64,000 bases of DNA. Origin: Paraspadella gotoi (taxonomy: Eukaryota; Animalia; Chaetognatha). Each line of letters begins with the position of its first letter. The first letter of the stretch is position 1. Made by a program: the position numbers and the translations under genes. Under the pieces are notes generated by a model. It made no database searches and had not been told where the DNA came from. It worked only from the letters and a program-made list of their open reading frames with translations. The stretch spans positions 12,030,263 through 12,094,262 of the forward strand of contig CM119264.1 in assembly GCA_051294375.1 (NCBI GenBank), written 5' to 3'. Of the stretch, positions 24,933 through 39,204 are shown in pieces.

Positions 24933-25398
24933 TTGCAGGGTCCTGCTATGTTATTATCTCGTAAGAGTGATGGAGGCCTTAAACCACCAAAGACTGTCCA
25001 AAGTCCAAAGTCTGTCCAAAGTCATGGGCATTGGGCAAGATAGCTTATTTATAATTATATCGTACTATATTCCTGACGGAACATAGGCAGTGCTCCATCA
25101 TCCCGCACGATCTCGATATCGACTCGGCGCAGTTTATCGAGGAGTTTGAGCCCTGGATGTTCAACTACTTCAGAAATCACTCAGTCCTACAGATCCGCTC
25201 GATAGTCTAGAGTTTCAGTTAGGCACGACGAAAGGACATCATCACACGAAAACAGTGGATATTATACCAGCGGTTGAGAGGATTTGCACAGCCAGAAAAA
25301 TCAATCAACGCGTTGGATGAGTAACATAAGATAAGGGCAAGATAGCTTATTTATTAAATGAATGGATAATTTTTGTATTGGTTGTACCAATTTCATAA
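24933..25398 (+). mobile_element. Repeat family R1 copy interrupted by a 282 bp insert (25053-25334)
   Basis: R1 sequence at 24933-25052 resumes at 25335-25398. The 20-mer gggcaagatagcttatttat is duplicated at 25033-25052 and 25335-25354. Confidence 0.8.
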
Positions 25399-26598
25399 TT
25401 TGAAATTTAAACAAAAATTTCGATCTTCTTCTTCTTTTCATCGATATAGAAACTTTTGTGAAAAATAAAAGTTTTTACTAATTATAAATTTATGTCATGT
25501 TTAATTAACCATGCAAATTACGGATTCAATTTTAAAAACAACAGGACTTGGACGGACAAAGAAGTCAAATAGGGGGAGGTACTTTTCATGGGGCGAAAAG
25601 TAAGCTAAGAAAATAGAGTTTGTCTATCGACTTGATTTACTTTAAATAAAAATTCAAAATTATTTAAATTTTTAGAAATAAGAAGATGTAGAGAAGATGG
25701 TCGGGCAACCTTGCATGTCGTCTCATAAATTTACAGGCCCCTTTGGCCGAAAATACTGTCGAATTATTTAAATTGGAATTTTTTTTATCTGCAAGTAAAA
25801 ACAGAGTTCATTCCTTTGTCATTAACATTTTTCGTCTTTCAATCTGAAGTCAAATAAAACGCTCGCATTTATTGACTTTGGAAACCAAACGTAAATTCTT
25901 CCCCAAAAATAACGAAACGTACCGGGAGACCGCCGCGGGAGAGCCCGCGAGCCGCCCGCCCACCACGCGCCTTTCCTCCCGCTCGCCGCCCTCTCGTAGG
26001 GCCATCAACAAATAAATGGGCTCCAACGCGCTGTGGTATCAACAGAGCCGTCGTTCCGGGCCTTTCCGCTCCATGTAATAATCATAGGCATCGAGACCAT
26101 CTCGTTCGTCGTCGTCGTCGTCGTCGTCGTCGTTGTTGTTGTTCTCAGCGATGTCATTCTTATCATCTTCGTAATCGTCGTCGTCGTCGTCGTCATCGAC
26201 GAATCACTGGTGCGTAAAATTTAGGGGGTTATATGTATTAGTAGTTGTTGTCCATATCGTCGTTTTTGTTTTTGTTTTTGTTTTTTGTTTTTTTTTGGCG
26301 GGAAACGGATAAAGGTCTTTCGCCTGGGTTTTATTTCGAAGCGAAAGCATCTGGGCAGATTTTTTCTTCGTCGTCGGCATCGTCATCGTTTTTCCCGCCA
26401 AATGCCCCTGATACCTTCGTCGGCGTTTTTCCCGTCGTCGTCGTCGTCGTCGTCGTAGTTATGATTTGACAGTCTCTTTTCTCTCATCGATTCGAACGAC
26501 ATCATCATCATCGTCATCACATCATATGATGAATGATATCATCACCGTCACTATTTTGGGGAAAAAAGCCCTTATCCCGTAAAAATGATGATTGTCTC

Positions 26599-26632
<34 letters not shown>

Positions 26633-29600
26633 GATTTCATTATTCACGTCCGCTAAGTTTGTTTCCATTTCAACATTTGGCAAACGTTTATGTCCAACAT
26701 CGTGTCGTAAACTTCATCATCATTGCTCGTCGACATCATCACAATGATGGTGATTATCATAATTTTGGCTGTTGGCGTCGTCGTCGTCGTCGTCTTCTTC
26801 TTTTCGATTCTTTCGTCAGCATCTTGTTTTTCGTGCATAATTGAGTCTCCGCGCGGCATCCATTGTTTATCGTCATTAGTTTTATCATCATCATCATCGG
26901 TTTCGATACAGTTGGCAAGCTACGAAACGAACCCTGGCTTTTATCCAACCGTCGCCTCGTTATTTTTCAAAAATTTAAATATCATTATGCTGAAAAAAAA
27001 AAGTTAAATTTGGCCACGAAATATATTATTTATTAGGAAAAGGGATTTTCGTTTAACTTTTCACTTTAAATTAAAACAAATTTTTTTCTTTGAATGTCTT
27101 GGTTGTAGAAACATCGTTTCTAACACTTTTGGGGAGATGATTAGGATTGTCAACTTTGTGAACTTGTCTCTTTTGTGGGCAAAATAGGTAGACTCTTAAC
27201 ATGGGCGAGTGGCAGACAATGAAAGGTTGGCTTGGCGCTAGGGGGTGTCGCGAGCAGAACTGACGAAATAAAGGAATTAAGAAAAATAAAGGAACAAAGA
27301 GTGTCGAGTGTCGAGGTGCGTTTCGAGAATTAAGGATTTGCGATAATGGAAATTCTTAAACTCAAAGGTCATTTGGATTTATTTATTCAAAGAGTACGCT
27401 CATGTTGTCATTGGGTTCAATTTTTATAACGTTTATAACCTTCAAACAAATAGGGTTAGCCTGAGTCATCATATTTCTTACTTTTTTTTTTCAGTTTTTT
27501 TTCTCGATATTTCATCCACCAACTTCACACTCCCCTCTCCCCCCCCACCTCCGAATAAAAAGGAATTTCTTTATCCTTTCCCCGTTTTGCTGTTTGTTTG
27601 GAAATTCGAGAGACGAAAAACTCCGCGGCCGAGGGATGTCGCTTCCGTCGCCGCTCGGAACGCGGACCTGGGATTTCGGCGTCGGACGAAATCCGGACCT
27701 GAAAAAAGATCGGCGGAGGATCCGGACGTGAGATCCGGATAGCCAGTGCCGGAAGATGGCTTTAGTTTCCTTTTTGTTTTAGAAAACAAAAAACAAAAAT
27801 TTCGATAGGACCAACCCACCACGAAAAAAACTCCGAATCAAAAGCAACGACGAAATTCGTGAAAACGAATTACAAACAACCACATCAAAGACAAACCACA
27901 TCATCTTTCAGCGTTCTCCTTCGAACTCCCGAAGATTCAGCCACTTTTTCCCGCGCAATGATGTCCTCTAGTTTGGATTGAGCGCGAGACTGTAATCACC
28001 TTATTTCCGACTCGTTGCCTTCATTTGCAATTTCTTTCTCAAGGACCTATCGGGATTTTTCGCCCGATTCCCAGATTTCCCTTTCGCATCGGATTCGCCG
28101 CGCCTTCTCGCTGAGTCCGCTCTCGTGCTTCCCACTTCCGGTGAGCCCGCGCTCGCTCTCTCTCCTACTATCCCAAATTCTTGTTCCCTCTGACCCGCGG
28201 TTCTCATTATTTTATTTTCTGACCCCCTTCCCCGGTCCTTTCCCCTTCTTTTTCCTCCGCCCTTTTCCCTCGCCACCCTTCGGAAACTCTAGCTAAGTCG
28301 AGCCTCGGCGAATATTCCCGGCGGCTTTCAACCCCCGACCTTAATTCCTTAACCCCGCGAAAATTGGAGTATCGACGCGCGACGGGGTTCGGTAACGGAA
28401 TCCTTTTGTTCGGTGACCTCGTCCCTCTAAGTTCGCTGACCCCGAATTCGTGATCGGTAATCAGTCCACATTCCCTCGTTGGATAAACAATTTCCTTTTC
28501 TTCGCGCGATGGCGATCGTAAGAACGGGATTTATACTGTTTAATAAACATTTAATTATTTATACTTTATGTTAGGTACATATTTACTCTATATGGGTCAT
28601 CTACAATGGTAAACACTTTTGATTTAACTTTCTGTCGCAATTGTATTTTAATTCTTTAATTCTAATTTCATTTGCTTCCAGACAAGTCGGTCTCTTAAAG
28701 TACCTCACCCACCTCGCCCTACTGATTCTCCTCTTTCTAACCCACTTACCTTAGTCGAACTTTCCCGCCAATCAACGAGGGATAAAACGTCTGCTCCGAA
28801 CGTAGAAGGATCCGCCCACTTCGTGTTTCTGCGTGACATCAGGCGCAGTTTCGTGACCAAAGCATCGAACACTCTTGTACCCCAATATAGTTCACTCAAA
28901 ATCAATTAGTAAATTTTAACGCATGTCCTATAATAAGATTATCTATTTTCGCATTCAAAAATCTTATATTCCAAAAATATCTCGATCCCGGAATTCCTGC
29001 CGCAAAGCCTCGTTCCCAACTCTCTAAGAACCTCAACGCCAAATTCCCTCACCAGCAGCTGCCGCCGCAGCCGTCGCCACAGCCGACGACTCCGCCGCCG
29101 CCATTTTGATTCGATTTCCATCGTTGCGCGACGGACGATGGGCGGAAACTCCGTCCACCTTAACGATGGCGATTCCCTACTTTGGTGAGGTTTTTACCCT
29201 ACCCTCAACCCGAAGCATTACTTACTTTTACTCGTCCATCCCTTTCCCACTCCCTCCGGCCTTTTTTTTCACTCGCTCACCTACTCACCCCTTTCCTAAC
29301 TAAAAAGGCATTTCTCAGTCGACTGCTAATGACCCAACGCCTCCCTAGTGGTCAAAAGAGGAATACGTTTTCATCATCGTCGTCGTCGTCGTTATAGTCG
29401 TCGTTTTCGTCGTCGACAATATCTCCGAGCGATTAAGAGCTTGAGAAATTGCAAGCCGCATTTTTTCCCCATTTTTTATTCATTCCTACTTTTTATATAT
29501 CATTTTTATATCATTTTACGACATTTTATGTCATTTTTCTTTCGTCCGAAGGTCGAGCTACGTCGCCCAGAGAAAAAAAATGACTTCCGGTTCCGTAAAA

Positions 29601-29660
29601 CGATTTCCGCTGACTTATGGAAGTACGAAGTAATTTGCGAGTATAGTGGAAATGCGTCAG

Positions 29661-29699
<39 letters not shown>

Positions 29700-32600
29700 A
29701 TAGTGAAGAAAGAAAAGAGAAAGAAAAAAGAAAGAATGAAGAAAGAAGAAAGAATAGAAGAAAGAAAGAAGAAAGAAAAAAAGAAAATAGAAAGAAAGAA
29801 GAAGAAAGAAGAAAGAAAGAAAGAAAAGAAAAAGAAAGAAACAAATAAAAAAAAACAAACAAACAAACAACATTACAAACAAACAAAACGTGAACGAGAC
29901 GACGAAAAACGATACAAAGAAACAGACAAAAAGGAAAAGATAAATTATCTTTGTCACGATCTCCGCCCGACTCGCGAAGGTAATTATTAAAATAACGAGA
30001 ATGACAAATTAAATCTCGAAAATCTTTTTGTCCGTTTGAGTTGGAGCGGGACGAGCTGGAATTAAAAATCCTCGAGGGCGACCGCCCGGACGAGGAGAGG
30101 ACGATTGAGACCCAAAGAAATTTCCGAAGCTGGACGAGTCTGAGTCGAGCAGAGGATACGTCGAAGCTCCTTCGACGAACGGCTCCATAAATCTCTCTTT
30201 GCCCGGATTTTGGATTTGGGAGACTGAGGACAGAAAAAAGACAAAATTAGCGAAACTGAAGAGAAAAATCGCTTATGATATATAATAAGTTGAATATTTC
30301 TTTAGAAATAAGGCGAAAAAAAAACTGCAGATAAAGTAGAAAACTATCATCCAGCTAGACATTACTAGGATAAGTCATAAGATGTCCTTGAAATTGAGAC
30401 TTGCAAATTTTAACAAAGGCCCCACTATATAGGCTGAGACCCTCTAGACTGTGACCGACCATTTGCATCCGCGAATTTGCGGTTTCGTCTCGTGACGTCA
30501 CAATTGGCCTCCTGGCAGTTTTATTGTTTTCTTTTTTTTTTTTTTGGTTTGGTCTTTTATTTGGTTCTTCTTTTTTTTTTTTGGTTCTTTAAACGAAGAT
30601 AAGAGGAAGTTCCATTTCCAGTCGGTTGAACATTTTAAAAGGGTTTTAATTTGAGAGAAGATGGGCGTCTCAAAGATGCTTTAAAAAATAGGATGATTGG
30701 CGACAACGAAAATTCTTTAAATAAAATATTTAGCCAGCTCGATTTAAACTATAATCGAATCGCTTTCGAGAAATTCGCGTCTTAACTTTTAATTTCCATT
30801 TTTTTCTCCATCACATTTAGTTGCGATTAAATTTTTCGCTTCCTGGTGCGTGATGGCAGGTGTTAGTTGTATAGATTTCGAAAAAAGGCTTTAAACTTCC
30901 TCTCTTCGTTCTTCATAAGTAAATAAATAGTTCGTCTAAAACGGCGGATATTTTTAATGAGTACTAATTAAATAAAAGAACGCGGGCCTCAACTTTTTAT
31001 ATTATATCTTCCAGTTTCTTTCTCAACTGAACTTCCAATTTCATTTCAACATAATTTTAAGGGTCTTCCACTCGTTTCCTTTGACCTCTGGCTCTCGAAT
31101 CGCTTCAGCTCGCTCGCCTCTTTAAACTGCTCGAATCGCTCAAATCTGACTCCGGGCCGATAAAATCGCGGCGGACGACATTATCTTCTTTAATTTCTGG
31201 GTGACGTGGGACCGGTGACGACGACGACGACGCCGACGACGACGACGACGACGGACGACCGACGACGACTGAAAACTTTCCGTTCGACGTTCTGTTCGCC
31301 GTCGTCTGNNNNNNNNNNNNNNNNNNNNNNNNNNNNNNNNNNNNNNNNNNNNNNNNNNNNNNNNNNNNNNNNNNNNNNNNNNNNNNNNNNNNNNNNNNNN
31401 NNNNNNNNNNNNNNNNNNNNNNNNNNNNNNNNNNNNNNNNNNNNNNNNNNNNNNNNNNNNNNNNNNNNNNNNNNNNNNNNNNNNNNNNNNNNNNNNNNNN
31501 NNNNNNNNNNNNNNNNNNNNNNNNNNNNNNNNNNNNNNNNNNNNNNNNNNNNNNNNNNNNNNNNNNNNNNNNNNNNNNNNNNGGAAAAAAATGTGATGTG
31601 TCTCCGAGTTTCACCGGAAGAGATTCGATCGGTTTCTCTTTTGACAAAAAAGGGAAAAAATTGGGCGATCAATGTCCAACTTAATTTGAGCGAATTTAAA
31701 TTGATGCGGGCCGAGAAAGCTGGCTCATTACTTTAAAACTTATCGTATCGGAAATTAAAATACGACAAAATATTTGAGCTGGAGAGAAAAGAAGTTTATA
31801 ATTTAATCGCTCGTTCGTCTTAATCCGTCATTATTCATTACTTCTTGGGGCTTGTGAGAATTTTTTTTCTTAAAGCCGACCGAGTCTACGAAGCCAAGAC
31901 TTTTAAGTAATTAATAGTTATTCATATAAAAGCGGGAGAGTCGCGTTCCAGGAACGTCAATAACAACAACAACGGAGACGAAAGGTCAGATTCTTCCATC
32001 TCTTATCAATGCCTCTTTCCGATCTCAAGAACTGAAGAGTGAAAGCCAAATTACTGGGGATCTTAAATATCAAACTAGTCGCCGGAAGCCAAAATCGGAA
32101 GCTGAACGGTAATTAGAGCCAAGGGCCGAGACAAAGGATGTCAGTATTCAAATCTTAACTTCGTTATTAGAATTAACCATAATCTCAAATAATGTGCATC
32201 TTAGGACGAAGCCGAGTGAGCCTCACTCAAGTCGCAGACGGAAGCAAAATTATTCGCTACTCGACAAAAAAAAAATTCATTAGAAAAAAAGAGGAAAAAA
32301 AATTGAAACAAAAAAAAAGGAAAGAAAAAAGTGGAAAGTTGAAGGAAGGAACATATGGTTGTCGGCGAATTAATGAGAAGAGGCCGACGTCTCCAAAGAA
32401 ACGAAAGGATTTTCATTCAATAATTTTCTATTTATTTCACTTGGCAATATTTTTATTTCATCTGCGTCTCGAGGTTAAAGTTAGTGGCTATATATTCTAT
32501 ATACGAATCTATTCCGAGCAATATTTCTCTCTAATGCAAATTAGTAGATATTTTATAAAACGTCACTAATTTACAACAGGTTTTTTTTTTCATTGCGAAA

Positions 32601-34639
32601 TGTTTGTCATTAATTTTCTTTCAAAATTATGAAATGAAAAAAAAGTGTTTGTGTTTTTGCCAATTGGCAATTTGTTTAGAAAACAAAATCTTTAAGACAA
32701 ATGTGGAAAGAGAAGAGAAAATATATTTATTTATAACCCGCGTAATTGGCTCCGGCAATTCCGTCTCGCGGCCGCATTANNNNNNNNNNNNNNNNNNNNN
32801 NNNNNNNNNNNNNNNNNNNNNNNNNNNNNNNNNNNNNNNNNNNNNNNNNNNNNNNNNNNNNNNNNNNNNNNNNNNNNNNNNNNNNNNNNNNNNNNNNNNN
32901 NNNNNNNNNNNNNNNNNNNNNNNNNNNNNNNNNNNNNNNNNNNNNNNNNNNNNNNNNNNNNNNNNNNNNNNNNNNNNNNNNNNNNNNNNNNNNNNNNNNN
33001 NNNNNNNNNNNNNNNNNNNNNNNNNNNNNNNNNNNNNNNNNNNNNNNNNNNNNNNNNNNNNNNNNNNNNNNNNNNNNNNNNNNNNNNNNNNNNNNNNNNN
33101 NNNNNNNNNNNNNNNNNNNNNNNNNNNNNNTAAGCTTCCGATGCTTAAGATTTTGTTTCTTTTTTCCTATTCTTAGTTGTTCCGGCCCGGGCCCGCTTTG
33201 TCGGGTTTCGCTCGAATGACCATAACAATTACGACGACAACAATTACAACAACCGCGGAAACTCGGTTGTTTTGTTTATCGAAGGCTGAATGAAGCGACG
33301 TTCAGTTTGTTTTTGTCTCTGATTCCTTCTAATCTATCGTTTAAACCAAAAGAAAGAGAAACTAATCACTAAATGGGCGACAACAACGACAAGGATCCAG
33401 GAAATCCAAGTCTGGGATTCGTCACCGATTCAATGATTTTTTTTTCGGTTTTTTTTTTTTTTTCTTTGAAAAATCTGCGCACTTGGACTCTGGAGGTCTG
33501 TTTCCTTCCCTTCGCTTCACTTTCATCTTCTTATGGATCAATTAACCCGCATCTAATTGAACCCTTCGCTCTTTGTTCCCTGGACCCTCTTCGCATTTTT
33601 TTTTTAACTTTTCAAACATTCTTCCTTCACTTCTACTTGTCCTCTTTTCCTGCTTTGATCTCTTTCCCATACCACTTTGAGGTTTCACTCACGGCCGTGA
33701 TCCTCGATCTATTAACATCAAAGCCTCCATTCATTTCCTCACATCGAACCTTCCTTTCCTTCAGCTCTCTCGAATTTCCCGCGAAAACCTCATGAAACTC
33801 TATCTCTCACTACTGTTACTCTGTCTCTGTCTCTCTCTCTCTCTCTCNNNNNNNNNNNNNNNNNNNNNNNNNNNNNNNNNNNNNNNNNNNNNNNNNNNNN
33901 NNNNNNNNNNNNNNNNNNNNNNNNNNNNNNNNNNNNNNNNNNNNNNNNNNNNNNNNNNNNNNNNNNNNNNNNNNNNNNNNNNNNNNNNNNNNNNNNNNNN
34001 NNNNNNNNNNNNNNNNNNNNNNNNNNNNNNNNNNNNNNNNNNNNNNNNNNNNNNNNNNNNNNNNNNNNNNNNNNNNNNNNNNNNNNNNNNNNNNNNNNNN
34101 NNNNNNNNNNNNNNNNNCCTCTCCCACTCACCCCTTTCCCTCCCATTTTTATTTCTTCTCGATATCAACCTTTTTTTATGAAGATGAGATCGAAATGAGT
34201 TCGACCGTCAAACTCGATCTTAATCTCCTCCGAAAAACGAAGAAGATAAAAAAAATATAACAAAAAGGAAAAAAAATATGTCTTTTGTTTTCAAGTTTCA
34301 AGGTGATTGTGATAAAGATTCAAATACCATCTCACTGTCATCTCATGCAACATATTTGAAATCTTCCTTCCTTCGTCTCAGTTCCTCATTCAGATTATAA
34401 TAACATCGTCGGCGAGAACAAAAAAAAAAATCGAGAGTGAGAGACGAGGGAAAAGTTTGACCTTCCCATTTTTTTTTTGCTGCTGCTGCGGCCGGCCCCC
34501 TGCCGCGCCGGGCCCCGCGGATCGGGATGACGCTGCTGCCGCGGCCGCGAAGGGNNNNNNNNNNACGGGGTCCTGGGCTTGGAACCAGGCTTGGGGGTTT
34601 TGCAGGCCGCAGGGTAGGTACCGGGTTGGGATTAAACCC

Positions 34640-35559
34640 GGTACCCGGTGGAAAGAATGAAAGAATGAAAGAAAGAAAGAAAGANNNNNNNNNNNNNNNN
34701 NNNNNNNNNNNNNNNNNNNNNNNNNNNNNNNNNNNNNNNNNNNNNNNNNNNNNNNNNNNNNNNNNNNNNNNNNNNNNNNNNNNNNNNNNNNNNNNNNNNN
34801 NNNNNNNNNNNNNNNNNNNNNNNNNNNNNNNNNNNNNNNNNNNNNNNNNNNNNNNNNNNNNNNNNNNNNNNNNNNNNNNNNNNNNNNNNNNNNNNNNNNN
34901 NNNNNNNNNNNNNNNNNNNNNNNNNNNNNNNNNNNNNNNNNNNNNNNNNGAAAGTCATAGAAAGAGGACGCGTCAAAAAAGCAAGAAAATAATGAACGAA
35001 ACACCTGACGCGGTATCGATCCATCTGCCCCTCTCACTTTCCCGACCCCTCCCTTTTCCACCCCTCTCCCCCCCCCCACCACGTCGTCCCCCCCTCTCAA
35101 TGCTGAACATCCGCCACCCGGGTCGCGCGCTTAATGGCCCCGCATTTTCTTGCACGCGGCGACGAGGGTAATGGGAATCGAGGGAAGGGCAAGGGGTGGT
35201 GGCGGTGGGGGCTGATGGGATGGTGATGGGGGATAGAGGTAGGGAAGGTGGGCGAGTAAGGAGGAGGTGGCGAGATGAGGTTGATTTAATTCCAGGCCCC
35301 ATAAATATCGGTCGTTGATTTCGAATACAGCGATATATAAGAGGATCGATTTGACGAGTGAAAAACGAAATTGTCGATTGATTGATTTGATTTATATATA
35401 TATATACGCATTTATTTATTCATTGACTGATTGTCTGATTGACTGAAATGATTTTTTGAATGATTAGTTATTAATTGATGGTTGATGGTAGATTTATTTG
35501 TCTACCTGTCATCGCAATGAATTAATGACAAAGCGACAGTGAATGAATGACTTTTTCTT

Positions 35560-35595
<36 letters not shown>

Positions 35596-35602
35596 CATCT
35601 CT

Positions 35603-35638
<36 letters not shown>

Positions 35639-35780
35639 GCCCGCATCGAAATTAAAGAGGACGATGGAAGACTTTTTTGTTTGCGATAATCGAAGGGATG
35701 ATGGGGAATCGAACCAAAGATCACTTCAAGGTCACGGCGAGGTCATTGATGGGGCATTAATCGGGGTTTGGAAGAGAGAG

Positions 35781-35858
<78 letters not shown>

Positions 35859-36673
35859 AAGAAAAGTCATTCATTCACTGTCGCTTTGTCATTAATTCAT
35901 TTGCGATGACAGGTAGACAAATAATCTACCATCAACCATCAATTAATAACTAATCATTCAAAAAATCATTTCAGTCAATCAGACAATCAGTCAATGAATA
36001 AATAAATGCGTAGATATATATATTAAATCAAATCAATCAATCGACAATTTCGTTTTTCACTCGTCAAATCGATCCTCTTATATATCGCTGTATTCGAAAT
36101 CAACGACCGATATTTATGGGGCCTGGAATAAATCAACCTCATCTCGCCACCTCCCTCTTACTCGCCCACCTTCCCTACCCCCTATCCCACCATCACCATC
36201 ACCATCACCCCCACCCCACCACCCCTTGCCCTTCCTCGATTCCCATTATCCCTCGTCGCCGCGTGCAGAAAATGCGGGGGCCATTAAGCGCGCGACCCGG
36301 GTGGCGGATGTTCGGATTGAGAGGGGGGAAGCGACGTGGCTGGGGGGGGGAGAGAGGGGTGGAAAAGGGAGGGGTCCGGGAAAGTGAGGGGCAGATGGAT
36401 CGATACCGCGTCAGGTGTTTCGTTCATATTTCTTGCTTTTTTGACGTCTTTTTGACGCGTCCTCTTTCTATGACTTTCGTTTGTTTGTTGTTTATTTGTT
36501 TTGTTTGTTTGTTTGTTTGTTGTTTTTGTTTCTTTCTTTCTTCTTTCTTTCTTTCTTTCTTTCTTTTTTTCTTTCTTTCCTTTCTTTCTTTCTTTCTTTC
36601 TTTCTTCTTTCTTTCTTTCTTTCTTTCTTTCTTTTCTCATTCTTCTACCATTCTTTAATTTCCCACCGGGTAC
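34640..36673. other. ~2 kb palindrome with a 130 bp loop (35641-35772) between (CT)n and (AG)n, probable artefact
   Basis: 34950-35640 is mirrored at 35773-36480 with indels, and the structure ends at a 25-N gap. Confidence 0.85.
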
Positions 36674-37260
36674 NNNNNNNNNNNNNNNNNNNNNNNNNAG
36701 AGAGAGAGAGAGAGAGAGAGAAAGAGAAGAAGGGAGATATCTCTGAGATTATCGGCGATTTCTCAGAGAAAAGAGGAATGTTTTCGGAACTGAGGAGAAG
36801 AAAAACAATCGGTGGGCGAATATGTTAGACTACTGCAATTGTTGAGAGAAAGACATTGGATATATATATATTGATTTTAAATTGCATTGTATAATGTATA
36901 TTGTATAATGTATACATATAGCTGACGTGCCGAAAGACTTTATTACATTTATTAATGTAATAATAAACAGATTGATTGGAACCACAAGTTTTGTCACTGA
37001 ACGGAAGACAGAAGTCGAGCTGCAGCTCGGGCCGAACCAGTTTCCCACCAGTCCGCCTGACTCTGTCTCAGTTTGAGTATAATCTCCCTCTTTTTTTTTT
37101 TCATTTTTTAAAATTTCATTCATTACTTGATCTTTTTTTCTTTCTTTTTTGTTTATTTATTTCTTTAATTCTCTTTCTGTATTATTGCCTTTCCGAATTT
37201 CTAGCTCAGTTAACACCTCCTCGGTAATATCCGACGCGACACCGCCTCCGCTGTTTCTGC

Positions 37261-37291
<31 letters not shown>

Positions 37292-37340
37292 CTGGACGAC
37301 GATTAGACAAAGAATTAAGAGAGTTACGACTGTTTTAAAA

Positions 37341-37376
<36 letters not shown>

Positions 37377-38129
37377 AGCGGCAGTTGAAAGAGAGACCAA
37401 GTCTTCTGAAGATCAAAAGGCATGCAGATCCAGAGCCTCCCGGAAAAAAAAAGGGGGGGAAGAGGAAGATGAGAAAGTGGAGGAGGAAGAGGAGGAGGAG
37501 GAGGGAGGCTGGGGTAGAGAAAATGGGTGAGTGGTCCTAGAGAAAGAGAGATGAGTTCAAAGTGAAGAAGCGAGGAGACTGTGAAAGTTGATGAAGGAGA
37601 TTATGATGAAGAGGAGGGGAAGGAGGAGGAGAAAGAGGAGGAGGAGGAGGATGTATTGAATAAAGGTAGAAAAGAAGACGGAAGAGGAGAAGAAGATGGA
37701 TCTTTGGATTATACGGATGACAAAAAGAGAGGGAGGAGAGCGAGGGGCGGGGAGAACATTGTTTGCCTCTCTCTGTTTTTTTTTCCTGATGGCAAGAAAA
37801 AATAGTGTCTTAAAATTTTAAAACTGGAGAAGACAGACCGGAAAATGAAGAAGCATTGAAATTTTAATTTTAATAAAAACAAAGCAGAATAGAAAAAAAA
37901 ACCGACGTTAAGAACGAACGAGCAAGTAAACATTAAACAAAGCCGAGAAAAACTACCGAACAACAAAAGTATAAATCAAAACTAAGTAAACGATGTTAAA
38001 AGACCGTAAAAAGGAAAAAAAGTTAAAACATACAAAACAATATCCGCGAAACAAAAACAATAAGGAAAACAACGTCGTTTTTACGTAGCGAGTTCCTCGT
38101 GTCTACTGGAATAAGACCCACGAACCGTG

Positions 38130-38131
38130 AC

Positions 38132-38168
<37 letters not shown>

Positions 38169-38265
38169 TGCGGCGACGCGAGAAAATGGGTCGACGACGG
38201 CGACGACGATAAAATCGACGACGCGATGCCGACGACGACGTCGACGACGACGTCGACGACGACGT
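38130..38265. repeat. (GAC)n/(GTC)n microsatellite cluster (representative; others at 26107-26195, 31216-31269, 37261-37376, 39682-39714, 52181-52225, 53855-53895, 62535-62569)
   Basis: Direct observation. Confidence 0.95.
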
Positions 38266-39175
38266 CAGCAACAACAGCAACGACGACGAGACGATTCCCT
38301 GTCAGTTCCATCTGACTTAGATTTTGGTCCAACCTGAACCCAAAACCGAAGACACGTAAAAAAAGTAAAAAGAAGAAAAAAATTAGACAAAAAAAAAGAA
38401 AGAAAATCGTCTGCTTAAATTGCTTTTTCTTCGCCCGACTTCCTATTCTTATCGACATTTTCTGAGATCCCCTTCTTTTTCGAAAAAAGAAAAAAAGAAA
38501 ATTTCTCCTCGTCCAATTTCATTTCCTGGTTTTACAAGAATATGTTGTTTTCTATGTTTTACTTTGGATTCTTGCGTATTTTTCTATGTTTTGTTTCTTC
38601 TGGCATCTCGCTATGTTTTCTTGCATTCTTAATGAGCTTTATATTTTTATTAACATTTTTTTAATGTTTTACGTCCCCTTCTCTTCGTCTTCTCTTTCTG
38701 TTTTTCTTCCGAGTTTTTTTTTTCTCTTTTTTTAATATTTTCTTTTCAATTTATTATTCCTTCTTCAATTTTCGTGACAACCGAACGAAAAATCCATTTT
38801 CTTCTTCTCGAAAAAATAAAACTCGGAAATTATTTTCATTTTGATTTTTCGAGCGTCAATTTCAACCGAATTAAATAAATTTTTAACTCTGGGTACGAAT
38901 CCCGCCTTTGAATATCAAACGCTTAAAACTAATTGGATAAATTCAATATTCGATAAATAAAATAAATTAAAAAAATTCAAACTTCTGGACGAAAATTAAT
39001 ACGAATCTTTGAATATTCTTCGCCCCCCCCCACCCCGATTTTCGTAACATCGCCATTTCGTCCGTTCGCTCGTTTTTTTTTTCAAGATTATTTTCTTAAG
39101 TTAAATTTTTTCTGTCACCAGGTCAGACTGTTTTAAGAAATGTTATTTTCGTGTTTTTGCGAAAATGTTTTATAC

Positions 39176-39204
39176 ATGAATGGATAATTTTTATATTGGT
39201 TGTA
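39176..39204 (+). repeat. Short fragment of repeat family R1
   Basis: atgaatggataatttttatattggttgta is identical to the R1 3' region near 12857-12885. Confidence 0.65.

Noticed and set aside
30432-30454. miR-125/lin-4-like sequence (ctgagaccct...tgtga)
   Set aside because: The seed region is mismatched (ggctgag) and there is no precursor hairpin.
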